DNA of 62,969 nucleotides, the filler included, from Octopus bimaculoides (lineage: Eukaryota), in the NCBI RefSeq assembly GCF_001194135.2. It is 7 parts of 7 records of this genome, joined end to end, with 100 filler letters (N's around TTAATTAATTAA, not from the genome) between each part and the next. Parts side by side here need not be neighbours in the genome. Positions count along the whole stretch, not along the records: positions 1 to 24,374 come from NC_068983.1; positions 24,475 to 28,884 come from NC_069007.1; 5 more parts are not named here. One strand, given 5' to 3'. Shown here piece by piece: positions 15,401 to 27,742 of the stretch; position 1 is the stretch's first letter, and every line of letters starts with the position of its first letter. The notes below the pieces were generated by a model. That model was not told the DNA's origin, ran no database searches, and saw only the letters and a program-made list of their open reading frames with translations. A program made the position numbers and the translations under genes.

Positions 15401-15573
15401 ATTGATTTTTACCATTTCCTCAAACCAAAACTTTTTCGGAGATGTAATTTAGAATTTTAAGTATTTTTGATATAATGAACCAGAGTACTCTTTTTCTTTT
15501 TTTTGTTTCTTTTTTTTTTGTTTTGTTTTATCATATGAGAGAGCAAAACATACGTTTTCAACCTGCCCCGGTT

Positions 15574-16152
15574 GCGAAATTTGTTTCGCACGAGAATTTC
15601 GGGCCCCAGTAATGAACTCATTTGCATATAGCTAACCAGACTTCACCTTGACCTTATTATTGTCATAACATTCGCGAATGTGTTAAAAACAACCAATCTC
15701 TTGGTAAAACACACATTACCAAGTAAACTCAACATGAAGAACGGTATTGTAAGTCGAACGCTCGCCAAGTTATGTCTGATTTTAGGAGACAAGTAATTAC
15801 ATAGATTTGCGTCTATACTCATTATCGGATTTTCATAGGGTCCAATATGGTAAAGATGTGGTTGGAGAAAATGTGGGCAGAGGGTGATGTGCTCTCCTCT
15901 TATTGTTTTACAACGTAAACAACAACAGAATTAACTACATAGAGGCAACCATGGTTGAAACAAGAACAAGAACAACAAGCATTAGCAAAAGTGAAAAGAA
16001 GCCTGACCATTCCTTACCCAAGTGACCTTATCTTATCGCCCATCAGTTGTTATGCGCTCATTAATTTCTTTGATACTTGAACTTTGACTGGCTGTATGCA
16101 AATGAGTTCATAACTGAGGTCCGGCACTTTCGTGAGAAAAATAAAAATTCGC
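15574..16152. mobile_element. 579-bp MITE with ~70-bp TIRs shared with the 46703-48505 element (Mutator-like family)
   Basis: Left end GCGAAATTTGTTTCGCACGAGAATTTCGGGCCCCAGTAATGAACTCATTTGCAT; right end reverse-complemented GCGAATTTTTATTTTTCTCACGAAAGTGCCGGACCTCAGTTATGAACTCATTTGCATACAGCC. No matching 9-bp TSD is visible here. Confidence 0.7.
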
Positions 16153-17208
16153 TTTACAAGGTTTCTATCATTTTGTCCTCCTAATAAAACAACATTGCTA
16201 CCATTGGGATAAACTCACCAATACTTGTAGAGCGAGAAGATATTGGTAGAGCGAGTATCTAATACTAATTAATATTTAAGTTATTATCTTAGCTGCGAAA
16301 ATGGTAACCTACTTGATCGATGTTTATATTGAAGTCTGTTCACGAATAATATCGTGGATATTATCTAAAGCGCATAAGAACGGTATTCATTCGGAAACCC
16401 CGTTTATCACATTCCTTGTGCGTTACATGCGAGCAAACATGTATTATAACACAGCCGGATCCACTGTATCTTTAAATTATTCATAAGTTCAACCTGAATG
16501 ATTTCAGGAAAATACTGTTAAATACATTCCAGCCAAGGCCTACAACATCGTCCTTAAATCTTGTTGCCATATACCTACATAACTCACTGACTATTACTTG
16601 TTATATGTTACTGGTTATATGTTGCTTGTCATACGGTCTTGAAAGCCACCACCTAAAAAAAATTAACTAGCTATGGTTGTCTAGAGATATTACTGATAAT
16701 AGCGTCTCTTTTAAAGTAGACTAATGATTATATATCCGTGTAAAAGATCGAAATCCGGAGAAATCACGACAAATTTTATCGATAGTGATGAGATTAAAAG
16801 GAATTAAGTGGAGCATGGAAAGAAATATGTCTAAATACTGTAAGGCATTCTATCTTGCCTACTAGAGTTTCTATTTTCTACTGATTAATGAATTATGATA
16901 TTTCTAGCCGAGGCAGGTGAAAATACACCGGTTTGAATTTTTAGAGCGGCCATAAGTAGCCCTAGTGGATATCACCTTAATCCACCTTAAATTTCGAAAC
17001 AGATGTTCCAAGTTCTAGTCCGGTCTTATTATCATTAAATGCCAAAGAAGTTACTTAATGAAAATCGATGATCAAGCCAGTCGAAATATACGTAGATGTA
17101 AATAGAAATACATTTTCCACTTCTAAAGATGAAGTCATAACCATAAAAATTGTTATCATGTTAACAATAATTAATCTTAGTCGTTTCAACATTTCACACG
17201 CGCACGCA

Positions 17209-17305
<97 letters not shown>

Positions 17306-18377
17306 TCAAAAGTTACATAGAAATACATATGTCTGAGTGTACCTCTATACTTCTTGGTTATAGTTCTTCCGGTTGTCTGCAATTTGTGATATAAACACTG
17401 ATGTCAACCTCGCTTTTATCGCAGCGTGGGTGTGAAATTGTTACTACAAAGTCGATTTTTCTTCACTTGCTTTCTCTCTCTTTCTCTTTCATCCTCACTA
17501 TCTTTTTCTTGCTCTTAAACACACACATATACACTCAGTGTCTCCTTTTCTCTCGTTCTGTCTCCGATACATGCACAATCTCTCTATTTTTTTAAATTTC
17601 ATTCTTTCTCTCACCCTCTCTGAATCTATTGTAAGAATTACTGTGAGAATTTAATTATGTGGAACACTACAGGTTTAAAAAAAAAAAAAATTAAACTGAG
17701 CGGTCGGCTTCCAACCTCTTCTCAGGCAGAAAATGTATATGCTTTGGCACATTTCAAGACCTGGCAGATTCACTCTGTCTTTGCATTTCAATAGCCCTAT
17801 AAGTGTGACGTCCTTGCTTCTAACTCTCCCTCTTTCTCTCACTTTCTCTTCTTCTCACTTTCTCTTTCTCTCACTTTCTCTCTCTCTCCCTATATATTTA
17901 ATGGAAAAATTATACGAAATGCATAAATACATGATGAGTAAGGCACCGGCACAACTTAGGTTACCTGTTGTTATCCGTAGATTTAATCCACGAAAATTGC
18001 ATTGGCATTTGGGGTAATAGTATTAATAAAATGGGAGGGGGGAATGTGTATTACACTTTATTGAGTTCAACACATGTTTCGACACATCATTCTGTGTCTC
18101 TCCAGTAAGAAAGTAGCACTAGAGATTCCTTCGGTCGGCTTGCTTAACGCTATATGTCCATCAAATTCTAGAATCAATAAAACCTTTAATTCATTCTCGA
18201 ATTTCATGGGCATATAGCAGTAAGTAAGCCGACACAAAAGATCTATAATGCGACATTTTTCATTGGCGCATCCGAAGAAACCCTGTACGACGGACTGAAA
18301 CATGCGTTGTACTCAATAAAGTCCAATACACATTGCATCTCCAATTTTATTAACGCTATATAATAATAACGATAATA

Positions 18378-19893
18378 ATCACTCCTGTTCTGCCTGGCAC
18401 TCACACTTTTAACTGAATTGCTAAATAGAACTGGATGCGGTTACAAATGCTACGGGAAAACAGTCAGCCACCTTTTATATATGGATGACCTAAAATTATA
18501 CGCTAAAAATGACAAAGAGCTGGAAACACTACTACAGACAGTACATAGCTTTACCAAGGAAATAGATATGAAATTCGGATTAGACAAATGTGCCAAAGCA
18601 ACCCTGAAAAGAGGAAAATTAGTTAAAAGCAGCAATATCACACTAGATAAAGCCGATGAAATAAGAGAACTAGACGAAAGCCAACAATACAAATATTTAG
18701 GAGTCAATGAACTAGATAGGATACAACATACACAAATGAAAGAAAAAATAAAGAAAGAGTACTATAGACGAGTTAGATCAATACTAAAAACAGAGCTCAA
18801 TGCNNNNNNNNNNNNNNNNNNNNNNNNNNNNNNNNNNNNNNNNNNNNNNNNNNNNNNNNNNNNNNNNNNNNNNNNNNNNNNNNNNNNNNNNNNNNNNNNN
18901 NNNNNNNNNNNNNNNNNNNNNNNNNNNNNNNNNNNNNNNNNNNNNNNNNNNNNNNNNNNNNNNNNNNNNNNNNNNNNNNNNNNNNNNNNNNNNNNNNNNN
19001 NNNNNNNNNNNNNNNNNNNNNNNNNNNNNNNNNNNNNNNNNNNNNNNNNNNNNNNNNNNNNNNNNNNNNNNNNNNNNNNNNNNNNNNNNNNNNNNNNNNN
19101 NNNNNNNNNNNNNNNNNNNNNNNNNNNNNNNNNNNNNNNNNNNNNNNNNNNNNNNNNNNNNNNNNNNNNNNNNNNNNNNNNNNNCAAACAAGAAATCAAT
19201 CTACCTAACAAATACGAAGAAGAAGAAGAAACAACAAAAGCTATAAAACAAATGAAATCCAAACTAAAACTAGAACATCAACGGACCATGATAAAACGAT
19301 GGCAAGAAAAGCCCCTACATGGTAAATAAAGGGCTAAACTAAATGCAAAAGAAATAGACAGAGAAAAATCCCAGCAATGGTTGAGAAGCTCAGGACTCAA
19401 AGCAGAGACTGAAGGATTTTTAATTACTGCACAAGACCAAAAGCCTCCCCACCAGAAATTACCAAAAACATATAATGAAAAGAAACATAACAAGTGTAGA
19501 ATATGTGGAGATAGACAAGAAACAATAAGTCATATTATTTCTGGCTGCCCACTCCTGGCTAAGAAGGAATATATTCACAGACACGACAGAGGTAGGACCT
19601 ATATACACTGGAAGCTATGCCAACACTATGGAATAACAACAGAAAAAAATGGTATAAACACACGCCAGAAAAGGTCACAGAAAACGAGAAAGCAACCATA
19701 CTCTGGGATATGCCAATACACACAGATAGAGAAATTAAGGCAAATAGACCAGATATAGTTGTCAAAGATCATGAAGAAAAAGAATGCTTTCTAATTGATG
19801 TATCAATACCAGCAGATGACAACGTTTCCCTAAAAGAAATGGAAAAACTTCCAAAATACAAAGACCTGGAAATAGAGGTAACTCAAATGTGGA
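18378..19893 (+). mobile_element. R4/Dong-type non-LTR retrotransposon (RT, CCHC knuckle, RLE endonuclease), 5'- and 3'-truncated, frameshifted, with an internal gap
   Basis: RT motifs LLFCLAL, HLLYMDDLKLY, FGLDKC and YKYLG; CRICGDRQETISHIISGC...EYIHRHD; RLE motif ILWDMPI...NRPDIVV...IDVSIP...EK..KYKDL. The 5' flank is TAATAATAACGATAATAAT. Confidence 0.88.
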
Positions 19894-19916
19894 ATTATTT
19901 TCTGCAGAGATATTTT

Positions 19917-20172
19917 CCGGATTCAGCGCGCCAAAACTAAGACTTTTGAATTTTAATCTTTATAATGGATAGAATCACGTGCACGCTTTCACTAGTTGAA
20001 GACAACTAGCACGAGATTCTGTTCGATTGTAAAAATATCGGCAATCTGTACTGAAGAAAAATAGACACTTTTATTTTGAAAGTGTTGATTTTGAAATTAT
20101 AGTCTGCAGATAATCGAGGTATGTACAAATTTCACTTGTCTAGCCCGCCTGTTTTTGCTCCGCTGAATCCGT
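19917..20172. mobile_element. Possible MITE remnant that truncates the Dong copy
   Basis: Imperfect 20-bp inverted repeat CCGGATTCAGCGCGCCAAAA (19917-19936) / TTTTGCTCCGCTGAATCCGT (20153-20172); true termini and TSD not identified. Confidence 0.3.
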
Positions 20173-22526
20173 ATTTGAGAATTGTTTAAGTGAGCTTCTT
20201 CTAGCATTTTGACAGACCGGTCACTGGTCAATCTTATATACACAAGTACTATAATCGTTTTAGGATCTCCAAAAATTTTTTGAAGAACCTTCTGATTCTT
20301 TTAATGTGCTAGTTTTCTGGTATTATATTGATATTAATTAATATCGAATCTTTACCATATCATGTTANNNNNNNNNNNNNNNNNNNNNNNNNNNNNNNNN
20401 NNNNNNNNNNNNNNNNNNNNNNNNNNNNNNNNNNNNNNNNNNNNNNNNNNNNNNNNNNNNNNNNNNNNNNNNNNNNNNNNNNNNNNNNNNNNNNNNNNNN
20501 NNNNNNNNNNNNNNNNNNNNNNNNNNNNNNNNNNNNNNNNNNNNNNNNNNNNNNNNNNNNNNNNNNNNNNNNNNNNNNNNNNNNNNNNNNNNNNNNNNNN
20601 NNNNNNNNNNNNNNNNNNNNNNNNNNNNNNNNNNNNNNNNNNNNNNNNNNNNNTATATATATATATATATGTACGTGCGTACATATAATATAGACAGACA
20701 CACAGAGCCATACACTCACATGACGCATGAATACCCATACGCGCATATATAGATATATACATGCATTATGAAATTAATCTTAGAAGCAAGCAGGGGTTTT
20801 GATGGCTACATATGTGAGATACCAGATATGCACACACATCCAAGATAACATCTAAAGTAAGGGCCATTTAGCTAATCGGTGAAGATTCGCTCTCCTACCC
20901 TTCCCCATTAATCCGACAGATTTCTTGCGGTTTTTTGTCCATTCTTGTACCTCACAGATAGTATTCTAATGTTATAATTAAAAAACAAACAAATGATTGA
21001 TGTTATTTCGACTGCTATGCTGATGTCACGTCATTACATCAGCATAAGTAGGAGAATGATTATATTCAATAAATGAATGTTGTCGCATACTTTACATAAA
21101 GACGTCTTTTGAAGTGTTCTAACGAATCGACGGCTTTTATAATTCACCAAATAAAGCCGAAACAGAATATGATAATAATTCACAGATATCTAAGATATCT
21201 GTATAGAATTACGTGTATATTATCAAAGTGATCTTCTTCCGCCCAAGAGAATATTCTCTTATAAGATATGAATAATGGAAATGATATAATTATGGAAATT
21301 TCGGCAATCACATAAATTAATATAATAGCATACAACTGAACATGATAATATGCTAGTAATAAGCACAACTGAGAATTTCTTTTTTAAATTAGGAATTTGT
21401 TTTGCATATTCTAATAATTTTTAAAGAAGTATTTAAATACCTACTATATTGTGTGGTTACATAGCGCGTTATCGTGAAGTAGTAATTAATAAACACCACA
21501 TTAAACAACTTGTATGAAATGTTAGATGTCCTACCAGCCATGATTGTCGCTTTGTATCTCCAAACGCCAGCCATTCATTATCAAATGTTTGACAGCGGTA
21601 GTCTGAATGGTGATGAGCAAAGAGATGGTATTTCGAACAAAACTATTCACGAAAACCTTTACTTTACGTCATATAACAGATTTGAGTGTGGATAATGAAC
21701 CTTGTGTAGATTCCTTATCTATGAAAGTGTTTCGATAAGGTCAGCAACCAATACTTAACAGTTTCAAACCTATTTACAGTACTTCAATTTACAGATACAT
21801 CTACTTAGTGGTGGCACGAAACAAAATCCACCAATAAAATGGACATGCATATCGGCAGGATCAAGCCGTACCACAGCATCTTACAACGGCAGATAGAAGT
21901 ATCAATTGAGATTGCTTCAAGTGTGGTTTGGTCTAGGTTTCCAAGTCAAGAAGAACGAGTACGATGTGACGAGTTGATTGCACACTCTAACACTGAAAAC
22001 TGCCACTGTCATCTATTGTCACCAGACTGCCGTGCAACCCCCGTCAAGTCTGATCTGACATAAATATCTGCTCCCCAGTTCTCAAGGAAGGTACACATCA
22101 CACCGATCACCAATTCATCAGCTTACACGTCATGAGAAAAGGAGCATGTCATGGCTGATGATTCGCGGGCCTGAACCGAAGATGCGACATCAATACCTTT
22201 ACAGGGAAAGGTTGTGGTGTCGTGTACCACAAGCGTTTTTTTTTCTGTTCCACAACCCTGCAGACCTTGATAAAACAAAGAACCGAGACAGGGTACTTTG
22301 CATGCGAAATATAATCGAGCAAACACCTCAACACCTATATATATATATCAGATATCTCAGTTTTAGCAGTAATCATGAGGTCTTTAACGTTTCGAGATAA
22401 AAATCTGCCGGTACAGAAGAGATGTGAGCATGGCAACTATGCCCGAGCTGCCTTGTGGAAATATGTTGAATAAAATCATATCGTCCAAAGGAAAGCCTTT
22501 GGACTGAAAAGGAAGGCAATATCTAT

Positions 22527-22557
<31 letters not shown>

Positions 22558-22767
22558 CCATCATCATTATTACTACTGTTATTATTAATATTATTTTTCT
22601 GGCTGTTATTCATATTATTTTATCAGGTATTAAAAAAAAATCTAGTCGTGACTGAAACGGCAGAGAAGTTGTTTAAGTATACTTAGACTCTGTATACACC
22701 TGCACTGCCCTCGAACATTGTTATCATCCTTTGTAGTTACTAAAGAAACATTATCGACATCATCATC

Positions 22768-22844
<77 letters not shown>

Positions 22845-22864
22845 CATTATTATTATTATCATTA
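22768..22864. repeat. (TTA)n microsatellite at the Dong 3' junction
   Basis: Direct reading of the sequence. Confidence 0.95.
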
Positions 22865-23548
22865 AAGACTGTTGGACAGTTCTAATTTCTGGTTGTTCTT
22901 TACTTGAAAGCAGGCAATAACAAATCACCAAAGGTTTCAAGTAGTGCCTTCTTCTGTGACTTAAAGGAGCAATACTCTCCTTAAACTGCGATCTGTACCC
23001 AACAATGCTGTCTTCTGGATCACTTGGAGCCTAACAGAAGCTCTAATATTCATGATATGCTTTTCAAAGCTCTTGGAATTACTACCGGTATCATCATTAC
23101 TTTCCTCATGCCCCATAACTTTCCTATCGCGTCCAGCAGTGGCTGGTATTTCTCAATCTTTTGTTTCTTTATCTTTCACCCTCGAATCGCCTGGTATTGC
23201 AACATCTATTATCTGTGCTTCCTTTTCATCTTTATGGAAGATCACGATGTCTGGCCGTCTCACTTCAATGACTTGGTTGCACTGTATATTAAAATCCCAG
23301 AGTATCTTGTAATGTTCGTTTTCCATTACTCCCTCTGGTTGGTGTTCATACCATTGTTCGGCTCTCTCGAGGTTCGCTTTACCGTAAAACATCCAGTGGA
23401 CATAGCTGGCCGTATTGTCATGTCTCCTTTTATATTCGCTTTGTACGAGCTTACAGCGCTCACTAATAATGTGGCTTATACTTTCTCGCTTCTCAGACCA
23501 CATCCTGCACTGTGGCGAGTCAGTGCTTTTATTATGGCTATTATTCAC
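22865..23548 (-). mobile_element. R4/Dong-type LINE, 3' portion (Zn knuckle, RLE, 3' UTR) inserted at (TAA)n
   Basis: QCRMWSEKRESISHIISE...EYKRRHD...ILWDFNIQ...RRPDIVI...IIDVAIPGD, then IEKYQPL and the C-terminal IQKTALLGTDRSLRRVLLL*. The 3' UTR runs into (TAA)n at 22768-22864. Confidence 0.88.
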
Positions 23549-24418
23549 ATTATATTATTATCTCGTGTTTCAAAAAAAGGTCTTTGTGACTGAAATGATA
23601 GAGTCTAAGTATACTGCATTAGTACTTCACCTCGCATTACTTACTAGTTAGAAAACTGCTATTGAAATTATTTGTACCTTTTCTGGTTGATATGGAGTGC
23701 ATCAATCCCCAAATCGCACAAAAAATACGTATTGAGCCAGTTAATGTTTCAATTTTACCGGTTGTTCTCTGCAATGACGTGTTCAATATTGTATAAACAC
23801 TGTAAGTCTTTAATTTTTTTCTCTTGCGCTTATGTGAACAGAATATTAAAATTCAATATATATGTATTGTATTATCGTGATTTATTTTAAATGATGTTAT
23901 TCAACATTCGCACCTATTTTCTTTGCTCAACAAATTCATAAATATTAATTATGCCATCTCTTTGGATTTCTACATTTAATATTCAGCATAGCAAAATTAA
24001 AAGGCAAAATTGAACAATACCAACATCCGATAATCCTGTTCCTGCTTGTGTATAGATGCGAAAAGCACGATCACTTAGTGTTTTGTTATATTTCACACTG
24101 TATTATCAACATGAATATACAGAGCAATCATTTAATTATAGTAAATATTTAGAAATTTCTTTATTGCAACAAGTATAAACGTGATATCTATTTATTTCAA
24201 TAGATATGTAGTCAGATACTTATTCATTGTAATGTGTGTATTGTTATGTACGTACTTGTAGGAAACATTGACGACTTAAACAAACATATATACCTATATT
24301 TGGTATGTATAAATGCTTGTTTACTATTTAAAAAAAAGTCATGCAAAAATCATCTCTCCTACAGGTTTGTGTATNNNNNNNNNNNNNNNNNNNNNNNNNN
24401 NNNNNNNNNNNNNNNNNN

Positions 24419-24430
24419 TTAATTAATTAA
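24419..24430. other. Artificial scaffold linker TTAATTAATTAA (also at 28929, 40087, 44615, 57014 and 61202)
   Basis: Each copy is flanked by N-runs (44 N on each side where counted, giving a 100-bp block) and has stops in all six frames. Confidence 0.92.
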
Positions 24431-24775
24431 NNNNNNNNNNNNNNNNNNNNNNNNNNNNNNNNNNNNNNNNNNNNATCCTTGTTACATGTCATTTGTTTTT
24501 GTTTTTTATTCATTCTCTCTTCTATCTATTTTCCCTTCCTGCCTTCTTACTCTTCTCCTCCGCCTCCTCCTCATACAACTACTACTACTACTACTACTGT
24601 GTTTTGTTTTGGGTTTTTTTTCTCGATTGTTGCCGTTACTTCTCGTTCTCCTTTTGTCTTGTTATGACATTACCAATTCCTTTCTTTGCAATGCGAAGAA
24701 TAATGATTTTCCATTGTGTGGGCACAATGCCAAACTACATTATTATTATTATTGTTGTTATTATTATTATTGTTA

Positions 24776-24831
<56 letters not shown>

Positions 24832-24844
24832 GCTGTTGTTGTCT

Positions 24845-24985
24845 GAATCATTAGCACGCCAAGCAAAATACTTATCGGTATCCTGCCCATCTTTACGTTT
24901 CGAATCCAAATGCCGCCAAAATAAGTACCCCTGTTGAAGATTGAGGTCGATAAAGCAAGTACCAGTCAAGTAGCCGGGTCGATGT
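24845..24985 (+). mobile_element. Degraded SINE family B
   Basis: GAATCATTAGCACGCC...GGTCGATAAAGCAAGTACCAGT matches the family B pattern. Confidence 0.65.
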
Positions 24986-25090
24986 TTACTAATAGCAATT
25001 CACCATACGTTAGCATAAAGGCAAAAAAAATGAGCTCATACTAATCCTGATATAACGACCTGCCTGAATGCGTCCACGTGTCATCTAAGA

Positions 25091-25378
25091 CAGGGGTTTT
25101 CAAACTTTTTGAGTTGCGGACCCCTTTATATTTCAGGCTTTACCATAGGCTTTACCCTTATAAACGCTTATGAAATTTATACATAAATATTTGCTTAAAA
25201 TAACATATATTTTTACATTTATTTATTTAACAAATAGGTTTATTGTCAATTAAAAGATTTCGATTAAAACACATATATAAAATCAAATTGCTCATAAAAA
25301 GCATTTGCTGTCCACGGACCCCCTGTCTTGTCCTTGCGGATCCCCTGTGGTCCGCAGACCACAGTTTGAAAACCCCTG
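25091..25378. mobile_element. hAT (Charlie-like) MITE, 288 bp, complete
   Basis: TIRs CAGGGGTTTTCAAAC / GTTTGAAAACCCCTG with a perfect 8-bp TSD ATCTAAGA (25083-25090 and 25379-25386). Confidence 0.92.
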
Positions 25379-25635
25379 ATCTAAGACAAGTGCATGCCAT
25401 GTACAATTAAAAGACATACCACGGAAGGAGGATGTAGCATAAACCCGCGCTTTAAAGCAATTTTATGCAATTTTGGGGGAGGGGAGGGATGAAAAGACAT
25501 GAGAAGTGCAGCTCGAAAAGCCCGCCTTTTTCATAGATATATAGGGATAAACAATCTTCTATGTGCTGTCCAGAATACATGAGGTGTTGGTTTGGTATGT
25601 TGATTTTTTTGTTCATTTCTATGTGTCTTGACTAT

Positions 25636-25697
25636 ACTATACTGACGATTGAAGATTATATATTACTATAATGATCACGAAATCGGCGATCCATAGT
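25636..25697 (+). ncRNA. Hammerhead-ribozyme-like fold (type I) with intact catalytic core
   Basis: ACTATA-CTGACGA-[stem II TGA..ATTATA/TATAAT..TCA]-GAAA-TCG G CGA T-C-CATAGT. CUGANGA and GAAA are perfect and the cleavage triplet is AUC; the closing pairs of stems I and II are mismatched. Folded by eye. Confidence 0.55.
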
Positions 25698-26051
25698 TCA
25701 GTCTGTTTTTAAAAGGCTAGCTTCTTTGAAGGCTGCATTTCCTCGCATTCGGTAAAAATGTGTTCATTACAGTAGTTAACGTGAGGCATTCTTGTATAGT
25801 TATGCCCTTATATATATAAATAGATAAATATGATTTAGGGAAAAACGATAGATTCTTCCCTGTGAATTTTTTTCACGATAACTACTTGATAAATTCTTAT
25901 ATAAGAGTTTATCCTATTATTGTATTAATTATGTATATATAATTCTTAGCTCTCCTGTGTGAACTTTCTGTCCGGCAGTCGCCATGATAGATCGCTGACC
26001 ACAACATTCAAATTTTTTTTCTCCGTGTTTTTCTCCTTGTTTTCTCCTTAT

Positions 26052-26088
26052 TCTTTCTGTTGAAGAGCGTAGCTCGAAACGTTAAAGA
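26052..26088 (+). ncRNA. Minimal hammerhead-like fold of the Penelope type, with a variant core
   Basis: TCTTT-CTGTTGA-A-GAGC GTA GCTC-GAA-ACGT-T-AAAGA: 5-bp stem I, 4-bp stem II and a palindromic ACGT stem III. The core has A6->U. Confidence 0.5.
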
Positions 26089-27005
26089 CTTTCTCTATTC
26101 CTGAGCGTTAAACTAATACCTCCTTTTGTTGTTTACACCACCTGTCCTCGTCTGTTGTTTTTTTTCGTAAATTCTCCCATATATATATATATATATATAT
26201 AATTTTTTTACAAGGAAAAGGTTGAGAGTGACTTCAAAGTTTCGGTTCGTTCACTCCCATCAGATAGTACTTCATTAAAAGGTATAGTCTAATCCTTCAG
26301 TTTCTTGTTAAAATTTTATATATCATTTGACAGGAAATGGCTCTGGAGAAGCTGTAGAATGTTGCACAAAAACTTAGCTCCAAGTGCATTTTTTCTTATA
26401 CCAGAAACAACTGTAAGTTATTGAGGTGAATTACGTGATTCCTGTTCTCTGTTCATTCACTTATATCATCTCAAAAAATTCCGATGGTCTGAGATGATAA
26501 AAAAAGATAAGCATCACAACCAAGCAAATTCATCACGCACCATATTTCATATATCAAAAGAAAAATAAGACATGAGCTAATTTCCACTTGCCGACATATG
26601 TCTAAATTTATCCTTGAGAATTTCAAAGAAGACCATCAGTTCTGCAGCACACCAGACGACAGACAACAATTCATATCGCTTATTGCAAAGGCTATAATCA
26701 TTTTTATTACCTCCAAGCCAGTTGACATCTATAGTCAAACGACTTAATGAAACCACGATTCGGATGTATAATTGCTATTTATCTCACATAAATTAACGTG
26801 TAAAATTGTACGCGCTTCCAGCATACTAAGCACTTCTATGCTTCTTGTACAACAGCGTACGCTCACATATACACAAATACATGCTTACTCCCGTGCATAT
26901 GTGTGTGCGTGTGCATTATTGATAACATCTAAAAGATAGCTTCATTTGCCTTTGATGAATACAGCATTCACTCGGAGAAACTGATGCTATCAGACGGTGT
27001 GTATG

Positions 27006-27065
<60 letters not shown>

Positions 27066-27132
27066 CTCACATTTATGTGCACACACACACATATATATAT
27101 ACACACACACACACACAAATATGAATAAAAAC

Positions 27133-27165
<33 letters not shown>

Positions 27166-27384
27166 TGTATGTGCACCACCGCTAATATAAGAGCTCGTTT
27201 TCACGAAGACCGTCATTTCTCACTTGGCTTTCAACCAATTGACTTTTTGTTTTTGCGTTGTCTTTTTGCTTTTGGCCTCTGTATGTCCGAGTTCAAATAT
27301 CGAGGACAGTAAATCAAAAGAGAACATAATACAATTATTAACTTTATCGTTATTATCATCCTCATCATCATCAACATAAGAATA

Positions 27385-27663
27385 TCTATCTCTGTCTATC
27401 TATCCATTTCTATCTATCCATCTCTATCTATCTATCTATATCTATTTCTGTCTATCTAACCATTTCTATCTATCTATCTATATCTATCTATCTATTTCTA
27501 TCATCCATTTCTGTCTATCTTATAGTCTATCTGTCTATTTATCTATCTATCTACCTATGTTTCTCTCTATCTATTTACCTCTATCTGTCTATCTAACTAT
27601 CTCTTTATCTATTTATCTCTATCTATCTATTCATCTTTATCTATTCATCTCTATCTATCGATT

Positions 27664-27694
<31 letters not shown>

Positions 27695-27742
27695 CTATCT
27701 ATCTATTTCTATCTATTCATCTCTATCCATTTCTATCTATTC
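27385..27742. repeat. Degenerate (CTAT)n microsatellite
   Basis: Direct reading of the sequence. Confidence 0.9.

Noticed and set aside
15574-15660. Octamer/CCAAT motif as an snRNA or histone gene promoter
   Set aside because: No snRNA or histone sequence is nearby; the motif lies within transposon TIRs.
21490-21610. Minus-strand exon-like segment reading YRCQTFDNEWLAFGDTKRQSWL
   Set aside because: Good acceptor and protein-like composition, but a weak donor and no recognisable family; it needs tBLASTn or RNA-seq.
22163-22200. Other CTGATGA/CTGACGA heptamers (22163 +, 32905 +, ~33235 -, ~58838 +) as hammerheads
   Set aside because: No correctly placed GAAA or three-stem pairing.
21839-22400. 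GC-elevated region with several short ORFs
   Set aside because: No conserved motif in any frame; it may be an old TE but is unsupported.
26334-26412. 79-nt plus-strand segment with strong splice sites (KWLWRSCRMLHKNLAPSAFFLIPETT)
   Set aside because: It is isolated and unrecognised, with no partner exons identified.
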